Assembly: GCF_009914755.1 (NCBI RefSeq)
Contig: NC_060925.1
Reading direction: 5' to 3' (one strand)
DNA length: 64,000 nucleotides
DNA from: the human T2T-CHM13v2.0 reference genome, Homo sapiens
Positions 50,749 through 64,000 of the stretch are shown here, piece by piece. The position numbers and the translations under genes were made by a program. Under the pieces are notes generated by a model. The model saw only the letters and a program-made list of their open reading frames with translations. It was not told the origin of the DNA and ran no database searches. Numbering within the stretch: the first letter of the stretch is position 1; each line of letters begins with the position of its first letter.

Positions 50749-51800
50749 TCATCTTCTACTTGCTGGCTCTGGGCTTCCCGCAGCTATTCTGATTTTGCTT
50801 CTATCTCAATGTTTCCCCCACGTCTTTTCTTCCAGACTAAACATGAATTCTTTCTGCATTTGCTGTCTGCTGTTTGCATATTCTCCGGTGGTGAATATCT
50901 TTTTGTTCTTTCTGTCAGGACCTGCTTGTAAAGGGACTTGCTAGCCAGTTCCTGAGGCTGGGGGTGGGCTGCCAGCTGCCGGTTTTGTGTAAAGATGAAT
51001 GATTGCAGGACTTCTGTGAGGCACAAGGAGAAAGGGGAGACAGCAGCCATCAATCCTCGATTATATATAACTGTCCACCCGCAGCTGAACCAGCCGTGCC
51101 AGGGCCCAGGCAGCTTTGCTCGTTTTTTCTAAGGCCCCACTCCAGAGGGTGGGGCTGGAGAGAGTGGGAGACAGGGTTCTAGGTCCCTCTGCTCAGCAGG
51201 GCTGAATGCTTAGCTTCTCAGAACAAAATTCTCTGCCTTGCTACTTACATCTTGTTCTTTGAATTTATCCCACCTCTTTCTTCAGCTTGGAGAGGGGCAA
51301 GAGGGAGAAGTTAGGTTGAACAGAACTGAGCTGAAGCACAGTCATTGGCTGTGTGACTTTGGGGAAGCCACTTAACCTCTCTGAGCTGATTTTTCCATCT
51401 GTTAAATGAGCTTAAATATTTATCTTTTGGCTGGGCGTGGTGGCTCACGCCTGTAATCCCAGCACTTTGGGAGGCCGAGGCAGGCAGATCACGAGGTCAG
51501 GAGATCAAGACCATCCTGGCTAACACAGTGAAACCCCGTCTCTACTAAAAATACAAAAAACTAGCCGGGCGTGGTGGCAGGCGCCTGTAGTCCCAGCTAC
51601 TCAGGAGGCTGAGGCAGGAGAATGGAGTGAACCCGGGAGGCGGAGCTTGCAGTGAGCCGAGATCACAGCACTGCACTCCAGCCTGGGTGACAGAGCGAGA
51701 CTCCGTCTCAAAAAAAAAAAATATTTCTCTTTCATAGGAGTATTGTAAGGATTAAATGAGTTATGTGTGTATCTGTATATGTATACATGTGTGTATATAC

Positions 51801-52627
<827 letters not shown>

Positions 52628-53579
52628 CTTTTTAGTTTTCCTTTTCTTTTTTTTGAGACGGAATCTCTCTCTGTCGCCCAGGCTGGAATGCAGTGGCGCC
52701 ATCTCGGCTCACTGCAACCTCCACCACCCAGGTTCAAGCAATTCTCTGCCTCAGCCTACCGAGTAGCCGGAATTACAGGCGCGCCACTGCACCTGGCTAA
52801 TTTTTGTATTTGTAGTAGAAATGGGATTTCACCATATTGGCTAGGCTGGTCTCAAACTCCTGACCTCGTGATCTGCCTGCCTCGGTCTCCCAAAGTTCTG
52901 GGGTTAACAGGCGTGAGCCACCATGCTCGGCATAACTTTGAAATTTAAATCTGCATCTTCTGCTTTGGATGCCTCAATGGGGAAGTCCTGAGGAAGCTCA
53001 GAGACATTGAATACTGGTTTCACTGGGCAACAGTTTGGTGGAACCACTGTGAGCCCCTGAGAGCGGCCCACTCTGCTGAATGGGACAAGTTAACTTCAGG
53101 TGGGCACATTTTTGGATGGTGGGGATGAAGCTACTCAGGATATTCTCTTTTCTTTGATGAACTTGTCAGCTAACTTACTCTGGGGTTCTTTTGGGTTTTT
53201 TTCTGTCATCACACAGTGAGAACTCTGGGATTCTAATTCTTTCATGTAGCAAGTATTTATTGATTGCCTGTTATGTGCCAGGACTGTGCTAATCCAAATA
53301 GCATAGTAGGCTGGGTGCGGTGGCTCGTGCCTATAATCCCAGCACAGTGGGAGTCGGAGGCAGGTGGATTGCTTGAGCCCAGGAGTTCGAGACCAGCCTG
53401 GCCATCATAGCAAAACCCCATTTCTACTAAAAATACAAAAATTAGCCAGGCATGGTGGTGCACACCTGTAATCCCAGCTGCTAGGGAGGCTGAGGCATGA
53501 GAATCATTTGAACCCAGGAGGCAGAGTTTGTAGTGAGCCATGATCACACCACTGCACTCCAGCCTGGCCCACAGAGTGA

Positions 53580-53669
<90 letters not shown>

Positions 53670-53742
53670 TGAGGTCAGGAGTTTGAGAACAGCCTGGCCA
53701 ACATGGTGAAACCCCGTCTCTATTAGAAATACAAAAAAATTA

Positions 53743-53914
<172 letters not shown>

Positions 53915-54269
53915 TCAGCACAGTGGACAAGACAGAGCTAGTCCTGTCTTCAGTAATCTCCTCCTGCAGGGAGGAGGGATGTTCAACAAATGATATGGCA
54001 TTGATTAAGTACAGTAGTGAGGCGGGTAGATCACTTGAGGTCAGGAGTTCGAAACCAGCCTGGACAACATGGCATAACCCCGTCTCTACCAAAAATTGCC
54101 TATATTGCACCATTGCACTCCAGCCTAGGCAACAGAGTGAGATTCGTCTCAAAAATAAATAAATAAAAATAAACAAAAAAATTTTTAATGAAAATATGTG
54201 CATCAAGGTATGTTTCTACTTCTGGAGGTCTATGTAGTCTTCTTTTTTTTTTTTCTTTTTTTTTTTTGA

Positions 54270-54469
<200 letters not shown>

Positions 54470-55443
54470 TAGCTCCCAACCTCAGGTGATCCACCCACGT
54501 TGGCCTCCCAAAGTGCTGGGATTACAGGTGTGAGTCACCGCGCCCAGCCCAATAGTCTTCATTTTTTAATTAATTTTTTTTGAGACCGAGTCTTGCTCTG
54601 TTGCCCAGGCTGGAGTGCAGTGGCGCGATCTTGGCTCACTGCAACCTCTGTCTCCTGGTTAAAGTGATTCTCCTGCCTCAGCCTCCCAAGTAGCTGGGAT
54701 TACAGGGGCACACCACCACACCTGGCTAATTTTTTTTTTTTTTATTAGAGACAGGGTTTCACCATGTTAGGCAGGCTGGTCTTGAACTCCTGACCTCAAG
54801 TGATCCATCTGCCAAAGCCTCCCAAAATGTTGTGATTACAAATGTTTGCGCCACCATGCCCGGCCAATGTAGTCATTTATCCTGGTGGATTAAAACTGAA
54901 CCAGGGAGGTACCAGTCAGTGGCTTCGTTATCATCAAATTGATGACTAAGGTCAACCTTTTAGAATCTTCTAGAATAAATATGTCTTACACCTCTAACCA
55001 AATACACAGGTTTTTAAAAAAAACAAATCTATAACATAGGCCGGGCACAGTGGCTCATGCCTGTAATCCCAGCACTTTGGGAGGCTGAGGCGGGCGCGTC
55101 ACCTGAGAGCAGAAGTTTGAGGCCAGCCTGACCAACATGGAGAAACCCTATCTCAAAAATACAAAAATTAGGCCAGGGGCGGTGGCTCACACCTGTAATC
55201 CCAGCACTTTGGGAGGCCGAGGTGGGAGGATCACGAGGTCAGGAGATCGAGACCATCCTGGGTAACACAGTGAAACTCCGTCTCTACTAAACATATAAAA
55301 CATTAGCCGGTGGGCACCTGTAGTCCCAGTTACTCAGGAGGCTGAGGCAGGAGAATGGCATGAACCCAGGAGGCAGAGCTTGCAGTGAGCCGAGATCGCG
55401 CTACTGCACTCCAGCCTGGGTGACAGAGTGAGACTCCGTCTCA

Positions 55444-55650
<207 letters not shown>

Positions 55651-55988
55651 CTAAAACAAACATTCATAGATTGTAAGTCACAGTCCTTACATCTATCATT
55701 ATTATAAGAAAGAGGTTCAATTTTCACTATTATAAGAAAGAGTTTCCCCTCTTGGTGAATAGACAACATACAGAGTAAACTTAGATTTAACATAAATATG
55801 AAATGGTAACTGGAATGCACAGACTTGCTGATCTTCTCCACAAAAGCAAACTGTTCACTGAGTCCTTTGCATTCTCAAAATCAGCGTATTATGTTCTCTT
55901 GAGTGTCCTGCTACAGTAATCTCTAATCATAATTTATATTCATGCTAAATTCAAGATACATGGGTCTTGTCATTTTTTAATTCTATAG

Positions 55989-56189
<201 letters not shown>

Positions 56190-56918
56190 TAGAGACAGGG
56201 TTTCGCCATGTTGGCCAGGCTGTTCTCGAACTCCTGACCTCAGGTGATCTACCCACCTCAGCCTCCCAAAATGCTAGGATTACAGGTGTGAGCCACCACG
56301 CCTGGCCTTTTCTTTTCTTTTTTTTTTTTTTCTGAGATGAAGTCTCTCTCTGTCACCCAGGCTGAAGTGCAGTAGCGCAATCTTGGCTCACTGGAACCTC
56401 CACCTCCCAGGTTCAAGCAATTCTTCTGCCTCAGCCTCCTGAGTAACTAGGATTATGGGCGCATGCCACCAGGCCTGGCTAATTTTTGTATTTTTAGTAC
56501 AGACGGGGTTTCACCATGTTGGCCAGGCTGGTCTCCAATTCCTGACCTCAGGTGATCCACTCGCCTCGGCCTCCCAAAGTGCTGGAGATTATAGGCGTGA
56601 GCCACTGTGTCCGGCCCAAACTTTCTTTTTACTAGTTTAGGCAAATGACTATTTCAAGGCAGTTACATTGTGGGCATTTAATAAATATTTTGGACTGAAT
56701 CAATGAGTGATTGAATGAATGAACACATATGAGAATCGAGAGGTAGTTTCGACTAAAGCTTGAAGAAGGGAATTTGAAAGCTTTTTGCAAAGAGGAAAAG
56801 GACTGTTGATTTTAAGGGCTAACCTGGTCCAATGAATACATCCCTGATCCAGCATCTTGGATTTTCAGAGCCAGGATCTCTTCTGCACAAAGCATTTGAA
56901 GAGTATCTAGTGCCTATC

Positions 56919-57394
56919 CATGTATGTTTATTGCGGCACTATTCACAATAGCAAAGACTTGGAACCAACCCAAATGTCCAACAATGATAGACTGAATTAA
57001 AAAAATGTGGCACATATACACCGTGGAATACTATGCAGCCATAAAAAATGATGAGTTCATGTCCTTTGTAGGGGCATGGATGAAGCTGGAAACAATCATT
57101 CTCAGCAAACTATCACAAGGACAAAAAATCAAACACCGCATGTTCTCACTCATAGGTGGGAATCGAACAATGAGAACACATGGACACAGGAAGGGGAACA
57201 TCACACATCGGGGCCTGTTGTGGGGTGGAGGGAGGGGGGAGGGATAGCATTTGGAGATATACCTAATGTTAAATGACGAGTTACTGGGTGCAGCACACCA
57301 ATATGGCACATGGATACATATGTAACTAACCTGCACGTTGTGCACATGTACCCTAAAACTTAAAGTATAATAATAATAATAATAATAATAATAA
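56919..57394 (+). mobile_element. 5'-truncated L1PA (ORF2 end plus 3' UTR)
   Basis: Encodes the ORF2 C-terminus MWHIYTVEYYAAIKNDEFMSFVGAWMKLETIILSKL, followed by the G-rich 3' UTR and a (TAA)n tail. 20-bp TSD AAGAGTATCTAGT(G/A)CCTATC at 56899-56918 and 57395-57414. Confidence 0.96.
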
Positions 57395-57894
57395 AAGAGT
57401 ATCTAGTACCTATCACCGTTCATTCTCATGACTGCCTTAGGTGAACATATACTTTCAAGACCTCACTTCCATCTCAGAGCAAGCTGCAGGGGTCACCCCG
57501 AGGGTCTAGGCTGGATACTGGCCCTGTATCTGCCAGTTGTCATAAATTAGAGCTCTGGTCACCCTCTGAACAGAGAGCAAAGAAGCCACCAACATCACGT
57601 CTGTCACCCTGGCGCTCGGAGCTGTCATAACTGCCAGCCAGTGTGACTCAGGCATGACCATATTCTCAGGTGTAACAAATCCCCCAGGATGAGGCGTGGC
57701 TTTCAGCAAGAGCCAGAGAAGAGGCAATGCAGAAGGAGCTACACACGGGGCTCAAAGCCAGAGCAACAGAAGTCCGTGGTCAAGAAACACCCTTTGCCCT
57801 TTGTCTGACTGATTATACAGTTTGGAGCTCTGTAGACTCTTCCAAAGATACCCTAACCCCCAAAAGGGGGTTGCAGATCTCATTGTAACAATAA

Positions 57895-58176
<282 letters not shown>

Positions 58177-58269
58177 TGATCTCCCACCTTGGCCTCCCAA
58201 AGTGCTGGGATTACAAGTGTGAGCCACCACGCCCAGCCTCTAAACAGTTGTTTCTAAGGAAGAAAGGAT

Positions 58270-58635
<366 letters not shown>

Positions 58636-59830
58636 TAGCTAATATTATAATATGATTTCTGTTTTGAGGCTCAGGAAAGAGTCTTGTGGTTCCCTATCAT
58701 TTTACAGCCATCTTGCTGAGTTAGGCAGAGTGGGAAGAACGCATGATCTTTTCTTCACAGTTGAGGAAACTGGCTATATTAGTGGCATCGGTATCTCCTG
58801 TTCCTCCCCTCCCCGTCTCTCAAGGAGTCTGGAGCCACAGTGTCTGCAAAATTCTGTTGGTGTTCTCCCTGCTGCCGACCTCTGGGAGGCAGTGATCTCA
58901 CTAAGAAGAAAAAGAACCTCAATGTCCAGCAAAGAAATCTCCGAGTTGGCTACCAAAGAACCAAACAAAGAAATCCTAGTGTGAACACTTTCAGGGCCAG
59001 ATGGTGGTGGCAGTTTTCCAATCTGAGATTATTGGAGTATAAACCCCTAGGCTCCTCCAGCAACTCAGATAGGGAGTTGGCTCAGACAGTTCCTCCTGTT
59101 GGCAATGTTCCTACTGAGTAAATGTGAACTCCGTGACCTTGCCCTTACTCCACAGAATTAATGGGTGATGATTCTTTTCTGTGCATTGACTAAGTAAGCC
59201 TTAGCTCCCATCTTTCAGATGGCCACACTGAGGCCTGGTGCGATGAAGGCCAGACAACTTTGCTTTTCAATCTGATCAGGGTTACCAAATTCAAATTCAA
59301 AATATCAGTTCCAAATTTGATTCACTTCATATCCAGTAAAGCCACAATGAGTATAAGTATGTCTTAAATATTGGAGGAGATATACTGAAAAGTTAGTAGT
59401 TATTTTTTTTTTTGAGACGGAGTCTCAGTTCACTGCAAGCTCCACCTCCCAAGGTTCACACCATTCTCCTGCCTCAGCCTCCCAAGTAGCTGGGACTACA
59501 GGTGTCCACCACCATACCCAGCTAATTTTTTGTATTTTTAGTAGAGATGGGGTTTCACCGTGTTAGCCAGGATGGTCTCGATCTCCTGACCTCGTGATCC
59601 ACCCACCTTGGCCTCCCAGAGTGCTGGGATTACAGGTGTGAGCCACCGCGCCTGGCTCTTTTTTGTTTTGTTTTGTTTTTGAGATGGAGTTTCGCTCTTG
59701 TTGCCCAAGCTACAGTGCAATGGCGCAATCTCAGCTTAATGCAACCTCCTCCCCCGAGGTTCAAGCGATTCTCCTGCCTCAGCCTCCCAAGTAGCTGGGT
59801 TTACAGGTGCATGCCACCACGCCCGACTAA

Positions 59831-60181
<351 letters not shown>

Positions 60182-60558
60182 TAGCCAGGATGGTCTTGAT
60201 CTCCTGACCTCATGATCCGCCCGCCTCAGCCTCCCAAAGGGCTAGGATTACAGGCCTGAGCCACCGCGCCCGGCCAAAATTATAATTCTTTAACTAAAAT
60301 TTAAATTGAATGGGGAGTTGTGTCTTTTATCTGGAAACTCTACGTCTACTGTACTTCCATTAAGCTGGTTGTTTTAGACAGTAGAACAAAAAGAAAGATA
60401 CTGGAAGGTGCTAGGCCAGTGTGTGAGCTCTGAGTTTAATCTACCTGGGTTTAAATTCTAGATTGATAGCTAGGGATGGTGGCTCATGCCTGTAATCCCA
60501 GCACTTTGGGAGGCTGAGGCAGGTGGATCACTTGAGGTAGGAGTTCGAGACCACCCTA

Positions 60559-60780
<222 letters not shown>

Positions 60781-61092
60781 CTAGCTTTGGATGAGTTATT
60801 TATCCTCTCTGCGTCTCTTGTGTAAAATGGAAATAATAATTGTACTTTCAGGGCTTTGTGGCAAATTAAATAATACCCATAATGCATATAGTAGGCACTT
60901 GACCGGTGATATTATTATTATTATTTCTAGTACTGGGTAAGCTAGGAATATTATGTAACTATGCCTGGGGTTCAGCTTCACTTCCAATCTTCCCTTAGTT
61001 TTCGTTGTCATTTGCTAACAATCCCAGACCCCTCACACACAGGCACAGAGGGCAATGACCTCATTAGGACTATGTTCAATAATGTCCTAAAT

Positions 61093-61585
61093 CAAGCTTG
61101 TCCAACCTGTGGCCCACGGGCCACATGGGGCTCAGGATGGCTTTGAATGTGGCCCAACACAAATTTGTAAACTTTCTTAAAATATTATGAGATTTTTTTT
61201 GTGAGTTTTTTTTTTTAGCTCATCAGCTATGATTAGTGTATTTAATTTTATTTTATTTATTTATTTATTTATTTGAGATGGAGTCTCACACTGTTGCCCA
61301 GGCTGGAGTGTAGTGGCACAATCCCGGCGCACTGCAACCTCTGCCTCCTGGGTTCAAGCGATTTCCAGCTAATTTTTGTATTTTTAGTAGAGATGGGTTT
61401 CACCATGTTGGCCAGGCTGGTCTCTCAAACTCCTGACCTTAAGTGATTCACCTGCCTCAGCCTCCCAAAGTGCTAGGATTACAGGCATGAGCCACTGTGC
61501 CCAGCCATTAGTGTATTTTATATGTGGCCCAAGATAATTCTTCCTCTATTGTGGCCCAAGGAAGCCGAAAGACTAGACACCCCTG
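61093..61585 (-). mobile_element. MER30 (hAT-Charlie) with an Alu insertion
   Basis: Termini CAAGCTTGTCCAACC...GACACCCCTG, with internal GCTCATCAGCTATGATTAGTGTA. Confidence 0.85.
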
Positions 61586-61879
61586 TTATAAGGCTAAACC
61601 CCATACCCAGTCTTGGAGTAACAAAAGCAGCTCAGGGCTGGTAGATGGGAGACCTCAGAAGAGATTTCTAGATGCCTCTCAATACCCATTCTCCCCTTCT
61701 TCCCAGTTGAAAAACAACGATAACATTTCAGCTAGTCACATTACTCCCCAGCTAAATGACATTTCCCAGCCTCCCTTAAAGGAGTTATGGCCTGAAGGCC
61801 AAGTTCAAAACAGTAAGAAACAAACCCAAGTGTTGTGTGGAACTTTGGGGAAGTCTTCTTTTTTAAAAAATTTAATTAA

Positions 61880-62197
<318 letters not shown>

Positions 62198-62493
62198 TAA
62201 AAGGGAGTGGGGATGCCCTCCCCCTTTCCCTTCAGTTCTTTCTTCTTGCTGGCTAGGATGGTGAAGTGATGACCAGAGTACAAGCAGCCGTCTTGGACCA
62301 TGAGGTTCCTGGAAGCCAGAGCCACAGTGAAAAAAAGCCTGGGCTCCTAGAATTGTGGAGTGGCCAACAAGTCCTCTACTGACCACCCAGTCTGAGAGAG
62401 AAATAAGCTTCTATCCCGTTCAAGCCACTGTTATATTTTGTTGTTGTTGTTGTTTACTTGTCTGTTGTTATTTGTAGCCAGATTCAATCCTGA

Positions 62494-62925
<432 letters not shown>

Positions 62926-64000
62926 TAAATTAGTAGAAATGAAGTAACTTTCTTGTTCTAAAATCCTAATTCCAATCAGTCTGAAACATAAGCCTTCCAT
63001 AGCATGTATAGGGTCATTTTCTTAAGGTAGATGGAAAGTGGGATGTGGTTGTCACGGAGATGCCCCAGGGATGTTGCTCAGTGCCAGCTGTAGCAGAGAA
63101 GATGCGCAATGCCTGTTTGCTGAACAAACAGAAGGAACTTGTGCCAGCGTGTGGTCAGAAAGCCACTAGTGGGCTTTATAATCAATCGGAAGGATGACAG
63201 CCTTTGTACTGGCCAAAGAAAGCCATTGTTCTTGCCTCAGGAACCAGGGGAATGGAGCAGGGTAACTGTTGAAAGTGAAGTTTTCTTATGCAAGAAAGCC
63301 AGAGATTGCTCAAACTAGACCACAGGCATAGATGCCCAGAGGAGGGAGTTCCAGGACACCTTGAAAAATGGACCCTACAGGTTTAGCCCATCCAATGCCC
63401 CGACTCCCAGCAGCAGGTGAGGCTTCCCTGATAGGGGGAGGGATGTACCCCAGAAAGGGGTGGGGTTTCAGCTCAAGGGAAGGGCTTCCTTGCCCGGGTG
63501 GCTCTAGGTCCAGGAGCTGCCTCCATCAATGGGTGTCCTCTCTGTTTTGGAAGTTCTAGCTGTATTTTATTTTTTTATTTTATTTTTTGAGATGAAGTCT
63601 CGCTCTGTCGCTCAGGCTGGAGTGCAGTGGTGCAATCTTGGCTCACCACAACCTCCCCTCCTGCGTTCAAGCAATTCTCCTGCCTCAGCCTCCCGAGTAC
63701 CTGGGATTACAGGCGTGCCCCACTATGCCCGGCTAATTGCTGTATTTTTTTTAAAAGAATGTTTATTCAAGACTTGGCAGGGCCAGGCGCTTACGCTTGT
63801 AATCCCAACACTTTGGGAGGCCGAGGCAGACAGATTGCTTGAGCCCAGGAATTCAAGACCAGTCTGAGCAACATGGCGAAACCCCATCTCTACAAAATAT
63901 AGAAAAAAAGAGTGGGGCGTGGCAGCGTGTGCCTATAGTCCCAGCTACTTGGGAGGCAGGGGTGGGAGGATCACATGAGCTTGGGAAGTCAGGGCTGCAG

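Noticed and set aside
51040-51110. Palindromic TTATATATAA in unique sequence as a possible promoter
   Set aside because: A short AT-rich motif alone, with no CpG island, exon or other support.
58652-59121. Overlapping 110-aa and 93-aa ORFs in non-Alu sequence
   Set aside because: No recognisable domain or exon structure, and the lengths are compatible with chance.

Overview
Primate (almost certainly human) genomic DNA, very Alu-rich, matching the end of the PRAMEF cluster on 1p36.21. It holds one intact protein-coding gene, a PRAME-family member that I recognise as PRAMEF20. Its three coding exons (23620-23906, 25392-25970, 27967-28528) total 1428 nt, or 475 aa, with phase-consistent GT-AG junctions. 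Upstream lie two tandem, diverged copies of a promoter plus non-coding first exon, each carrying DUX4-type motifs. The first 640 bp contain the 3' UTR and poly(A) signal of the preceding PRAMEF paralogue. The rest is a layered transposon landscape: a full-length SVA, several LTR12/HERV9 pieces (one provirus rearranged into an inverted-LTR structure with an open env TM frame), other ERV1 LTRs and internal fragments, L1, MIR and DNA transposons. Almost all ORFs in the supplied track are Alu, SVA or LTR artefacts. I find no evidence of a new biological system; the most interesting items are regulatory and structural. Repeat subfamily names are from recall of consensus sequences and need RepeatMasker/Dfam confirmation.
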